Assembly: GCF_006345805.1 (NCBI RefSeq)
Contig: NC_042998.1
Coordinates: forward strand, 186,558,001 to 186,622,000
DNA from: Octopus sinensis
Taxonomy: Eukaryota
DNA: 64,000 nt
Reading direction: 5' to 3'
Positions 1 through 12,939 of the stretch are shown one piece after another; position 1 is the first letter of the stretch, and the number at the start of each line of letters is the position of its first letter. Under the pieces are notes generated by a model. The model saw only the letters and a list, made by a program, of their open reading frames with translations, did not search any database and was not told where the DNA came from. Made by a program: the position numbers and the translations under genes.

Positions 1-703
1 AACTTAGCAAAAACCAAAGTCTTCCTACACATGTAGGAAGGCTGTCAAACTACAATCCCCTTCAGGTAGATGGACCTGCTTGATCTGTAGAAAAGACGTG
101 GGTAGAAACGCCATACGGTGTAAGCTATGGACATGTAAAAGGTGCAGCAATATCAAAGGAAGGTTAACAGGGAAAATCGTTTTTGTGTGTGGCAGATGCT
201 CAGGGGCAATAAACACTGAAAATGTACAGAAAAGAGATTCCATCATATACTAGTAGTTAATAGCTTCTGCTACCTTAGCAACCAAGTCTGAAGTTGGGGT
301 GGTTGCTCTGAGTGTAGCAGCTAGAATAAGAATAGCCTGGGCAAAATTCAGAGACCTCCTACCTCTGCTGGCAACTAAGGGCCTCTTGCTCAGGATGAAA
401 GGTAGACTGTATGATGCATGTGTGCCAACTGCCACGTTACATGGCAGTGAAACATGGGCCATGACTGCTGAGGACATGTGTAGGCTTGAAAGAAATGAAG
501 CTAATATAATCCACTGGATGTGTAATGTCAGTGTGCATACACGACAAAGTGTAAGCACCCCGAGAGTAAAGTTGGACATAAGAAGCATCAAATGTGGTGT
601 GCAAGAGAGACAACTGCGCTGGTATGGTCAGACATGGGATAAGGTGGTGAAGTATGACCTTTGAATATTGGCACCTCACAGAGGCAATGACAGGAGACCG
701 AGA
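1..703 (+). mobile_element. RTE-clade LINE fragment (RT C-terminal region), decayed
   Basis: NLAKTK...RIRIAWAKFRDLLPLL...LHGSETWAMTAED...LRWYG motifs; clearly homologous to 50940-51710; stops and deletions. Confidence 0.85.
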
Positions 704-727
704 CATACACGCACACACACACACATA

Positions 728-1513
728 CAAAGTGCTATGGGTAAATTGTCGCCATTTTATATTTTTAATTTTGCACATGTGCATTATTTGTTTTTGATTT
801 TGTTGACTACACAGTATGGTAGGGTCAGTTGGGCACTGCCTGAGAGAAAACCAGCACCATGATGCAATTTACTCAGCCAGAAATTTGGAAACAACATGCT
901 GTACTGCTTGGCATTCGCACCAGAAGCTCAAATACGAACATTTCAGAGTGTTTGGGTGTCATGTACCAAGAGTGATAAAAATCAAACATCCAGTCAACAT
1001 CATGGTGTTTGGAGTGATCACCAGTGATGGCAATGTTATGCTTCCATTCATCTTCTCACATGGCCTCAGACTCAACACGGAAGCCTTTATCCAGTGCCTG
1101 GAGGAGGTAGTGCTGCCCTGGGTCAAGAGGGTGGCTGCTGGAAGACCATATATCTGGCAACAGGACACTGCATCATGCCACACAAGGAGAACCCATTCAT
1201 GGCTGTCAGGCAATTTCTGCAACCACATCACCCCTAACATCTGGCAACCTAATTCCCCAGATTGCACCCCAGAAGGCAAGGACTGTAGCACTATTCACCA
1301 ACTTACACAAGGAGACCGTCCAGAAAAGTTGCAGGAGATTCTGAAGTCGTCTGGAAGCCATGGTTGAAGCAAATGGCGATTTTATTGAATAAATTTACTG
1401 GTTAGTATTTCAGGATATTTTTATGTAATTTTGATAAATATCTGTTAAAATGAGATCTCAGTGTTATTTTCATTTTCACGTAATCTAGACAACAGTTTAT
1501 TCACCACACCCTG
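728..1513 (+). mobile_element. maT (DD37D) Tc1/mariner element, internally deleted
   Basis: TA at 726-727 and 1514-1515; imperfect TIRs (CAAAGTGCTATGGGTAAATTGTC / TTATTCACCACACCCTG). The ORF HPVNIMVFGVITSDG...WQQDTASCH matches the copy at 52738-54035, of which roughly 52970-53405 is missing here. Confidence 0.85.
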
Positions 1514-3134
1514 TACATATTGAACTTCCACACTGTTTCTGTCAACTAAACTTACAAAGCATAACTCCACACCTTTGCTTTTGTCTAGTGACCATACCCA
1601 TGTGCCCACTCAAATTATAGTTATATGACAATTTCCTCAGTCCAGTTTAGTTACACATGTATTAAATCCAACTTAATTTCACATTCCCACTGCCTAGTGA
1701 ACTGCACTTTATCTAAACCAAAAGAAAAGAAAAGGGGTTTACGTCTCCTTATATATTCAATTTTCTAGGTTATATTTTTTCTTTTTCCTAAGCAAAGCAG
1801 TGACAAATGCCAAAATTTCAGACTACTCAAAGTTCTCTCTTTAAAACCCCCAAAAACTTTCTAAGATAAAAACAATAGAGATCTTTGACCTAGGGCAAGA
1901 AACTTTACTTGACCCATCTTCAAACAACATTTTAAAAATAGTCATTAGTCATCAATATCAAAATCTGAAAGCATGTACAGAAGAGGGCTGTAACTACTTA
2001 CACTCCACTCCCCTTTATTATCTTACTACTTCACCCTCTTTCCACCTCTTGTTTATAAACCCTCCATTCATTGTCTTATATGTCTACACCTCCTTTGCTC
2101 AGGCACTCTTTGTCTGTTCTCAAACTACATTCCTTTTTCACACACACACCCTAAATTAGTCAGACATTGTCCATAATCTTAGCAAGGTCTTCTAGACAGG
2201 AGATGTTGTAGTAGTTAATACTCAGTTTGAACATCTGTAGTCTGTTAATCTGTGTAGCAGTCAAATTTCCCTCAAATCACACCTATAATCTTAAAAATAG
2301 AAAATAAAAAGTATGCTGGATACAGCTATTCAGAGTTCTTTGCACACACATAAAAAAATTAAGATGGCCATAGCTGTAATGCCCCTTGATGATAGGCATG
2401 TTAAATGTTGAGTAACTTGGGATTAAACACCACCACTACCACAAGAAGATAACAGACTAAGGCCTGAAATATTTTGAGAATATCTGTATTTTAGAGCATT
2501 CAACTATATTTCAGAGAAATATAGCTTAGAATGATATAAATTATAAATTTTGCAAAGGGTTATCAATGAATTGAAATAAAAAATATCTGAAAATATCAAA
2601 ATAGGGGGAAAAAATTATCTCAGACTAATATAAGAGCAGAAATGAAAGAACAATACCCTTGACTTTTGCACGTCATAACAATGCAGATAATGTCCACTTA
2701 ATTTAAGAGAGGTAAATCAAAGGGTTTTAATGATTTAAGTAAAAATGATTGGACAAAGCATTAAGTACAAGATTAAAGGAAGAAGGGCAGTAGGGATGAT
2801 GAGAGCTGGAATGGCCAGACTGAAGGTGATTAGCAGCTTGCTAGTTCGAAAGAGCAGAGGACAGTGTAGTAACACTATGCCTGGGAGCAAGCACAGTACA
2901 TTGGTGACTGAATCCTTGCCAATTGGCCTGATGGATTTCTAGATGGTGTATGAGATGTAAGTGTGTAATAACAGCAACATTCCAGTTATATAAGCAATAT
3001 TCCAAGAAAGTTCTTAAATTTGTTTTGCACAGTATCAAGCGATCAGAAACGAAGTATTTTCTGGGAAAAAAACCTAGTCTTTGAGATGCAATTTTGAGAA
3101 TATGCCACAAGAGGTTATCAGTAATAATGTGCCC

Positions 3135-3352
3135 TTAACCATTTAGCATTTAAACCAGTCATATCCAGTCCAAAGAGTGTACATGGTTTATGTCCAAACT
3201 AGCCAGATCCAGCCTCTCACACCTACCCTACGATGTTATTCTAAAAAATAACAATCACATCATTAAAAACCCAAAGCTTACGCACAATTAATTCAAAACA
3301 TTGTAAATAAATAAGCATTACATTTGACAGTGATCTAGATACTAAAAGGTTG
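3135..3352. mobile_element. Degenerate piggyBac-like MITE (related copy about 18945-19120)
   Basis: Begins TTAACCATTTAGCATT and ends ATACTAAAAGGTTGA; interior is shared with 18945-19120. Confidence 0.45.
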
Positions 3353-4589
3353 AGCTAATTTTATTGATTCCCAAAGTTTTAGTTTGTCAAGTAAATCAAT
3401 GTGTGCGCGCGTGTGTGTGTATGTGAATTGAAAAAAAATGAAAATTAATGATGAACTGATTCATGAAAACAAATTTGAAAGGTATTAACTTTCCTGGGCT
3501 TGTTCAGCTGTTACACCAGTCTTAATAAACTTATTAGAAATATGCCAAAAATATTCATGATATTACATGTGTCACACTAAATGTAGTTTGTTCCAAACCT
3601 CTCTACATTTGAAAAGATTTATTTTTAAATCAATAATAATGAAGAGGAAACTATAAGTCATGTATTTTAAAATTTCTAATACTAACAATATTTATTTTAT
3701 AATAAATATTGTTATTTAAAAGCTGTTTCTTTCCATCATCATCGTTTAACGTCCGTTCTCCATGCTAGCATGGGTTGGACGGTTCGACCGGGGATCTGGG
3801 AAGCCAGAAGGCTGCACCAGGCTCCAGTCTTATCTGGCAATGTTTCTACAGCTGGATGCCCTTCCTAACGCCAACCACTCCATCATATTTTACAATAAAC
3901 ATTTATTATGGCATTATTCTTGATTACTCTTCTGCTGTTTCATATCTTGTCATCTTGTCCCAACCCAAACATTCCTTATCATTTGTTGTGAGAACATAGA
4001 CAGCTTATTGATTGCATGTCCACATCTGATAATTACTACATGTCATCTTTGACAACACAAATTCATATTTCTTTCCAGCTTCTGCTTTTCCGGCTCGCAT
4101 TTCATAATCAAAACGAAACAAAAGAAACAAAAAAAAAAAAGTAATCACTTTTTGTTACCTTATAAATAAATGGTCATCAATTGTTAACAATGTAAATTCC
4201 CAAAATTAATTTCCGTAAGATGAGCTGAAGTTGAGAAACTGATAAATTCAGATAAAGAAAGATTATCTAAAAATTATAAAATTACTTGGTTGTGTTGTTA
4301 AGAAACTCACTTTACAGCTATGTGGTTTCAGGTTCAGTCCCATTGTACACCTTTAGCAGGTATCATCTATAGCTTCAAACCAGCCAATACCTTGCAAGTG
4401 AATTAAGCAAACAGAAATTGTGGAAGCCAGTTGTGCACACACCATGTGTGTATGTGTGCATGCGTGCACGTACGTGCTCTCATGTTTATGTCTGTGTTTC
4501 TTCCCTCGTCACCATACAATGGGTGTTGGCTTAATTTAGCAAATTAGTTCAGCAAAAGAGACAGATAAAATAAGTACCAGACTTTCAAA

Positions 4590-5376
4590 AATAACTACTA
4601 AGATCAATTTAATACAGTTCTATATTTAAGAGATGAGGAATTATGTACATTATTTACATTTGACATATTTGTCTTCATCTTGTTTGGTGTTAACAAGTTT
4701 TGGCTGATATACCTTCCAGCCTTCACCAGGTGTCTTGGGGAAATTTTGAACCTGGGTTCTCATTCCTAAGGTATTTTTCGATGTTGTTATCATTATTAAG
4801 GTCACTGCCGGGAATCTACCACAGCTACATGGGATGGAGTACACAGTTTTTGGTCACATTCTCTTCTATTGGTGGTTTTACTCGAAGGAGATATTTGCAT
4901 CCCATGCAGTTGTGGTAGATTATACAAAGGCGAAACATGCCGCCCGCCTCAAAATAAAGGTAGAGGAACCTCGCAAAGCTGTGACACAAGGAGATGTTGA
5001 TAAATTGGTTATAGCTAATCATGTATGGAAAAATGGAGACCACCTCCCCCTGTGTGATGAAGCTAAAATAATAGACAGGGAACACCACTGGAAAATATGA
5101 AAACTAAAAGAAGCAACACATATGGTAGGACACAACAACCTACTAAGCAGACCGAGTGGAGATATGAATAGCATATGGGAACCAGTCTTAAGAAAGGGTA
5201 GGAAATGTAAATTTATAAGCCCTAAAATTCACTCTATAATTGCTCACGGGCATATGGCATAGTGGTTAAGAGCGCGGGCTACTAACTCCAAAATTCCAAG
5301 TCCAATTCCAATAATGATAATAACATCTAAAAATACTTAGGAATGAGAACCCAGGTTCGAAATTTCCCCAAGATAC
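4590..5376 (+). mobile_element. Penelope-like retroelement remnant (GIY-YIG endonuclease) with inverted terminal arm
   Basis: Frameshifted ICIPCSCGRLYKGETCRP...KIKVEEPRKAV...ANHVWKNGDHLPLCDEAKIIDREHHWKI*KLKEATHM is a Penelope-type GIY-YIG. 4730-4800 is the reverse complement of 5309-5376. Confidence 0.75.
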
Positions 5377-5522
5377 CCTTTCCTCAACTAAACCCTTTAA
5401 AGTAGTGCCCTGGTATGGCCATAGCCTAATGACTGAAATACATAAAAGGAACATCAACAACTCAATCAGTAGGTGCCAATTCCTTTCCATTTCTAAAATG
5501 GTCAGCAATGCAAATAAATCTA

Positions 5523-5750
5523 TTAATCCTTTTGTTACCAACTTGGCTGAAACTGGGTCTGGCTCTGAGTACAAATGTCTAGTTTTCATAAGTTTTGAAT
5601 TAAAATCTTCCACCAAACCTTAGTCACAATTTATGTTCCTAACATCAGCTGAATGATAACTAAGTTATTTTACTGAAATCTTTGTTATATTTAATGTAAT
5701 TGAAAGAAACACAGAGCACCTCAAAAGAAATACTGTAACTAAAGGGTTAA
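5523..5750 (+). mobile_element. piggyBac-like MITE (~225 bp)
   Basis: TTAA at 5523-5526 and 5747-5750; termini related to CCCTTTCGTTACC/GGTAACGAAAGGG; homologous to 37821-38048 and 48967-49195. Confidence 0.8.
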
Positions 5751-6190
5751 GAGAAAAAATAAAATTTCTTTGTCATAATCACAGTCAGTGTTTCTTGTAG
5801 GCAGGGAGACTCTGAAGATTGAAAAGAGGTGGACTATTTTTGATAAAATTAATGTGGTTTTGAACATTTTAAGCTTGTGCAACACCATTGTGAAGAAAAG
5901 AATGCAAACTATTTTGTGTTCTCATTAATAAAGAGAAATTTTGTTAATTTTTTTTTAGGGTAGGGTCAGTCAGTTTGATTGCCATTGATCTAAGTACAAA
6001 TGTAAACCATCAACAATGTCTTCCATGCATGAGTAACATCTAAAATGCTTCAAAACACTTCCCAGGAAATTTGTTGAACTTTTTTTTTACACAATGTGAC
6101 TTCTTTGTGAAATTGATTTTTTCTTGCATTCCTTTTTAATAGATTGTTATTTAGCTCCAGGACAGCACTGATTCAAGAGACTATTTCAGA

Positions 6191-6387
6191 TACTCTTTAC
6201 TCTTTTACTTATTTCAGTCATTTGACTGCAGCCATGCTGGAGCACCGCCTTTAGTCGAGCAAATCGACCCCAGGACTTATTCTTTGTAAGCCCAGTACTT
6301 ATTCTATCGGTCTCTTTTTGCCGAACCGCTAAGTGACGGGGACGTAAACACACCAGCATCGGTTGTCAAGTAATGCTAGGGGGACAA

Positions 6388-6462
<75 letters not shown>

Positions 6463-6628
6463 CATATATACGACAGGCTTCTTTCAGTTTCCGTCTACCA
6501 AATCCACTCACAAGGCATTGGTCGGCCCGGGGCTATAGCAGAAGACACTTGCCCAAGATGCCACGCAGTGGGACTGAACCCGGAACCATGTGGTTGGTTA
6601 GCAAGCTACTTACCACACAGCCACTCCT
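6191..6628 (-). mobile_element. tRNA-headed SINE, family C (internal TA microsatellite)
   Basis: Head AGGAGTGGCTGTGTGGTAAG...GGGTTCAGTCCC (A/B-box-like), internal (TA)n, AAAAGAGT-type tail; near-identical to 8139-8516 and 54111-54520. Confidence 0.85.
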
Positions 6629-7072
6629 AAGATTAATTTAACCAATGTGGCTTTAAGGCTATAGGCTATTAATAAAACAGTAGTTTGGCTGTTATGTCTA
6701 GCAGATTGAACAACATATACTCTTTTGTTGGCTCATCTTTTTTTAAATAGAGGAACTGAATTGTGGAGATATTTGTACTTTTGTCTATTATGTTTTTAAA
6801 TGGAAGCTCTTACTTTTCAAAAATGTGTAGAGATATCCAATTCAAAGTCAACTAGTCACATGTCATAGATTTGTGAATAACTGAACAAATAGAGCTGCTT
6901 ATTTTCGTCAGTTTCAGTTTGTCATCAGCAACAACTACAATGATAATTGCAATAGAAATGGTTCAGATAGTCCTGCTGTCATCCTACCCATTGGTAAAAA
7001 AAAATTACATAAAACTCATCATTTATACAGATAATCTTACGAAAAATCTTGGGGTTTACGATGATCAGATCA

Positions 7073-7443
7073 TCTTTATATATAAAAGAGAAGTTGTGTG
7101 TCTGTCTCCTACGATTTAGATTCCTAACTACTCCCACATTTCGCGGTGCAGTCGTGATTCATATCGAGCCCTTCTGGGTATTAGCGCACGTCTACGATGA
7201 GTCTACAATTTAAAAAAAAATTTACCATCATTTTTTTCCATTTTAATGCATTTTTTCGCTATTATATAAGGGAAGTAACTCTCTAAAAATGTCTACGATG
7301 AGTCAACGATTTAAAAAAAATTTACCATCATTTTTTTTCCATTTTTAATGCATTTTTTTGTTATTTTTTGGCTATAACTCTCTAAAACTGCTTATATAGT
7401 TATTTCCCTTACAAACCCGAGCAACGCCGGGCGATACTGCTAG
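7073..7443 (+). mobile_element. Non-autonomous Helitron
   Basis: 5' TC (7073) after A; 3' CTAG (7440-7443) before T; subterminal GC hairpin CCCGAGCAACGCCGGG (7416-7431); internal direct repeat of about 70 bp (about 7192-7260 and 7292-7360). Confidence 0.8.
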
Positions 7444-8138
7444 TCAAAGATAAAATTATATCTATGTCACTTTTTTTTTTTCCACCTTTGGCAACAAACA
7501 TTATGAACACAGCAGGAAGACTACAAAAATACCCAAAATATCTGGTTGTATAAAAAAATACTTCACAGACATTACATATCAGAAAAATACGGATGGGATT
7601 CGTGAAGAAACAACAGGAATTGCAATATTGACAAATACCAAAACAAATTAAAAAGCAAAAGCTTTTTGGATAAAAACCAAACTAGAGAAAGAATATTAAT
7701 CTGGAAGGAATAATTGCTGAACAAGCTTTCTGAACAAAATGAGTTATAGCCTACCTAATCAGTCAGTGCATTCAACTAGTAATCAATAAGTTCCAGATCT
7801 GTTTTAATATTTTCCACTAAACAAAACCCGATAAATGGCAAAATTGGTAGAGCACCAGATAAAATTTTGCAGTATTTAGCTATGTCTCTTTACATTAGAC
7901 TTCAAATCCTGTCAGAGTGGACTTTGCCTTCCATCACCCCAGGCTTGGTAAAATAAGATCCAGTTAAATACTGGTGTCAAATCAACTACATCCCTTCCCA
8001 ATAAAAAACGTGGTCTTCTACCAATGTTTGTAAACAAAAGCATTGCTGCTCATACAGGCTCTGTTGTATGCTTGCAGTCCACTGCAAAAGCACATCAGGG
8101 TTTGACAAGTCTTGACATGTTGCACAATCTTTATAAAC

Positions 8139-8516
8139 AGGAGTGGCTGTGTGGTAAGTAGCTTGCTAACCGACCACATGGTTCCGGGTTCAGTCCCACT
8201 GCGTGGCATCTTGGGCAAGTGTCTTCTGCTGTAGCCCCGGGCCAACCAATGCCTTGTGAGTGGATTTGGTAGACGGAAACTGAAAGAAGCCTGTCGTATA
8301 TATGTATGTATATGTGTGTCTGTGTTTGTCCCTCTAGCATTGCTTGACAACCGATGCTGGTGTGTTTACGTCCCCGTCACTTAGCGGTTCGGCAAAAGAG
8401 ACCGATAGAATAAGTACTGGGCTTACAAAGAATAAGTCTCAGGGTCGATTTGCTCGACTAAAGGCGGTGCTCCAGCATGGCCGCAGTCAAATGACTGAAA
8501 CAAGTAAAAGAGTAAA
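8139..8516 (+). mobile_element. tRNA-headed SINE, family C
   Basis: Colinear with the reverse complement of 6191-6628 except for a short internal microsatellite. Confidence 0.85.
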
Positions 8517-11500
8517 TGGAGCACCCAAACAGGGTTGTTTGCTTCCAGTTTTCCTTGAAACTATGTCCGGATTGTTCATTGTTTAATAGACTAGGGTACT
8601 ATTACCATGCTGGGAAACAGGTGAGGGTTGGCACTAGTTATTTCAAGGCAGTGCCCCAGCATGGCCACAGCCTGATTACTGAAACAAGTAAAAGCATAAA
8701 AGAATAATGTTTACAGCAAAGTATTATAAACAGAAGCAAACAGAGAGCTGTGGGTGTCAGTTGTAATATGATAAAATTTGAGTATTTTGCTGTCCTTACA
8801 ACAAAACACAACAAAGCTATATTTAGAAGAACTTTTTCAAAAACTCTTAAATGAGGACACTTTCCAAAATTTCATTTGTAAAAAAATTTTAATATTTTTA
8901 AAATCCTGTTTTTTCTTGGTCCTAAAAAATCATTTTCACATCAAAGCAAAAGAATTCCATTAATGCTAAATGACTACATGAGTACATTGAAGCGAATGTT
9001 ATCTATTAATCTCTCTCCTTTTATCACTCTCATCTTTTTATTACTGTTGCTATTTTAAATATAATTATCTTCACCATTGTTCAATCTAGAGCAATAAAAT
9101 AACTATTATAAATATTTAAGCTGAAGCTTCTCAAATCATAATTTTCCATAATTTTTACTGATTATTCAAACACTTGAAGTTGGGAAGTAGTATACAAGTA
9201 CAGATATATAAAGATTTTTACTGGTTGTCAGGATAATCTAATAAATGTGCTGCACATACATCTAAACAACTGCACACACAGAACATGCTATTTTCACGTC
9301 TTTGGCATCATGTGTATAAAACACACTTAAGCAAGAAAAGGAGGTGCTCTTAATGAAATTTTAGAGTTTTTTAAAAATTATATGACTATCTTTTAGTAAA
9401 TGGCAAATAAACTGTTTTAAATAGTTGATAGTTGGAAATTCCTTAACAGCAATAGATGTGCTTGCAGAGATTCACCAATTCCCATTTTTTGTTCAAAATT
9501 GTAAAAGGCAAAGAGACAAAGATACATTTGGAACAAAGAATGTGGAAGTATTTTGTAAATGTTAATAATTATGATCACTTAAACTGAAGATATATTTGGA
9601 TAATTTAGTTGTAAGATGTCTTGTGGTGTAAGGATCTTTTAAAAAAGAATTTCCAGGAAACTCTTTATAGCTTTTGCTTCATAATTACTTGAAAAGGAAA
9701 CCTTAGCTTAATAAAGACACATAACATTAAGAGGGCAGATATGAAGATTGTTACAATTACATTATCTTCTAACTGCAGTTTTCATTTATGAAACTATTTT
9801 TAGAAGTAACTTGACATTAGGATGGACATCCAGCCATAGAAACCATGCAGCTCTCTAGCTTTGGTCAAGCCATCCAACCCATGCCAGACAGACAGACACA
9901 AAAATTAATTTCAAACCATGATCACCAGCCATTTACAAAAAAAGAAATTACATTAATTTTGTGCAGCATCACACTATATTAGTACTCAATTTTTTAATTT
10001 TTTTCCATCCAGCAGTATTTCTAAACTTATGATGTTAGTTTTGACAATTATATATTTGGAGTTGTCATCCACTTTGCACCACATAAATCTAGCTTTATGA
10101 ACGATCTTGGTTGGTAAAGACTTTAATAATAGATAAAATAACTTCATAGAAATTTCTAAAACAGTAATTTATATGTGAAAAATTTTCAAAGAAAAAAATC
10201 TCGAGAAATCTTGATTAATAACCAAATCATAAGGAGAAAATATCAAATACTTTTAGCAGAATTTTTATATTGACCAAAAGACAGTTTAGAAACTTCTACA
10301 CTTAAGCTAAGTGTTCACTATCTTAGTTATTACTAGGTCAAACTGCTTTTACTTATATTTCATTGTATTTTTAGCTTACACTAAATTGCCTATGTATGAC
10401 TGCATTGTGACTAACAAAATGCTATTACACTCACAAATTGAAATATTTTACATTATAAATTATAGAAACCTATTAAGTGATTTGATTTTAAAAATCAATA
10501 TTAAGAATTTATTAGTTTAATTAATAAAAGTAAACTTTAAAAAAAGTATTTCATTTACATACGAAACAATATTATCAGTAGACAATATTAATAACAGAAA
10601 TTCAGATTATTTTTATATCTAACCATTGTTAAAAATGGATCCCAGTACTATTTGTCGTTATTTAAGACAATTTTATAACCAAACAAATGAGTATGGAAAA
10701 GTTTAGAAATAGTAGAACTGTGTTAAATTATACAATTAGATCGAGAAATAAATAACATTACATTTTTCACTGAGCAAACAACATATATCTCCATGGAGGG
10801 GTGACATTAGAATTAACGAGTCCAGTTACTAAGCTAATAGTTGAAGGTCTGTTGGTATTTAAAAACTGACAAGCTACATCTTGGTTTGAAATGGAATGAA
10901 TGTACAATTTTTATGAAGACATTACTACTAATGAATGATGAGAATTAGCTTGGTAGAAAAACACTAAAATGGCAATCACAAAGTACTTCATTTTAAACTT
11001 ATGTCTATAGTTGGTCTTACTGGGGTGGGTATGAATAAAGCCTGTGAATATTTAATACACCAAGCACAGAATTTATTTATAGACAAACAATGCTATATAT
11101 TAAAATTTTTTTTTTGTCTATTCTGCCAAGTATAACAACAGCACACTTAAAATTAAGGTAATATTTGAGTAAATGAATGAGAGAGAGAGAGAGAGAAGGG
11201 AGGAACAAATGGAAGAGGAGGCCAAATGAATATGAAAAATATTTGTCAAGTCTGACAACTTGATGGCATGCAAGTATTTTCTGTCAATGAAAATGTCAGC
11301 TATTAAGTCACTCCCTAGAGCAACTATGCAGGAAATACACTGCAGAGGTATGTCAAATTTAAACTTGAAACAAACATAAGCATCTAGTAATTATTATTTA
11401 ATAAAATCTTCACTTCTATTTAGAAAACTGATAAAATACCAATTACATTATTCTAGTAATTACATTCATACCAAATGGTAGACATATCTTACACTGTCCT

Positions 11501-12084
11501 ATATGTTTATAAAAAAAATATAAAATCAGCAGATTAAAATACTTTTAACTGTAAGTTAGTGAATAAGGCTTGATAATAAGTTGCATGGCATAAATAAATT
11601 TCATCAAGCTACAAAAATAAGTGTATGTAGAGTAATATGTGTATATACTTTTGTACACTTAGGTAATATATTACTCATAACTGCAAGGTCTCCCCTCTGA
11701 GCAACAACGATCCAACACATTTGCACAATGTATTTCCATTGGTCTCTTATTTCATATAATCAATATGGCCCAAGTTTCTGTAAAAGTTATTTTAATCACA
11801 ATAAAGAATAAGTATGAAAAATTCATATGGCACTTGATCAAATGGAGTAGCAAATAGTTTGAACTCAGTTAAATACAAGCAAAACTCAGAGTCCAGTTAA
11901 TTCATGGCAACACAGTGAATACGTCATCCGTATTTACATCACATATCTTCACTAAATTCATCATCAAGACAAATACATTGTTGGAAAATTTACGTCATAC
12001 TTTTTGTCTACTGAGTAGGTACATCACTAAATATTAAAGTTTTTATTTGTACAGCAAATATATCTTCTTTTCTTTCTTTTTACA

Positions 12085-12700
12085 GCATTCACCCGGGGTG
12101 AGTTGAGCTGGCTTCATTCATCCTCAATGCTGCATCTCTCACAAACACCGACCAGGCCTGGCAATTTGAGGCTAACGACCGCGTGATCTCCAACCACTCC
12201 TTATTCCAGCGGCGAACGCCGTAGATATGGGGGCCTAGGTTGGGTTCCAGATCAGCCTTGACCGTCATCAGCCAGGTTTTTCGTTGTCCACCACATCGCT
12301 TTTACCAACCCTGAAAGGGAGCTGGGGCAATTGCTTCGTAGATGAATTCTCCTGGTTGACGACGGAGGGCATGACCCAGCCAACGCAGACATCTCGTTAG
12401 GATGACTTGTCGGAGGGAGGCGATTCTGCACTAGTGTCGCACCGAATTGTTGGAGACAAAGTGATGCCATCGGACACGAAGGATATCGCATAGACAGAAG
12501 TGATTGAAGGATTCTAGTCGCTTAATATCTTCCACCCTCATCGGCCATGACTCCTGTCCCTGCGTCTGTGGAAAATCTACGGCAAACAAGACGTTCTCCC
12601 AACAGGGGTATACATGCAGCTGGGGACTGCTAGCGAACTTCCTATTCTCAAGATCCTTCAAATATTCCTCATGTATATCGCACCTTCTTCAATGGCAGCA
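12085..12700 (-). mobile_element. RTE-type LINE 3' fragment (second family)
   Basis: KRLESFNHFCLCDILRVRWHHFVSNNSV resembles the RTE RT C-terminus; GC/CpG-rich island in AT-rich surroundings. Confidence 0.7.
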
Positions 12701-12939
12701 AATATATTGCATTCAATTACCAATGTTAAAAAATTTAAAGATAAAGCGTTATTAAATGTACTCAAATTATACATTAAAAAAAAGTTATATATCCAAAAAT
12801 GGAATCCATAAAAAAAGCAATGACAAAACTATTTTCATTTAGGAAAAGAATAAAACATTCCTAAAAGAGAAACTGTGAGCAATGCATCTTAAATAAGCCA
12901 CTATTTTGCAATTTTGATACTCCTTGATGCTGCATTGAA

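Noticed and set aside
5248-5310. Functional tRNA gene
   Set aside because: No acceptor stem or variable arm and a degenerate T-loop; treated as a repeat head. The same applies to the SINE A, C and D heads.
10775-10870. Kelch-like IYLHGG on plus, and an open stretch on minus
   Set aside because: A single short motif with no neighbouring repeats and weak, ambiguous splice sites.
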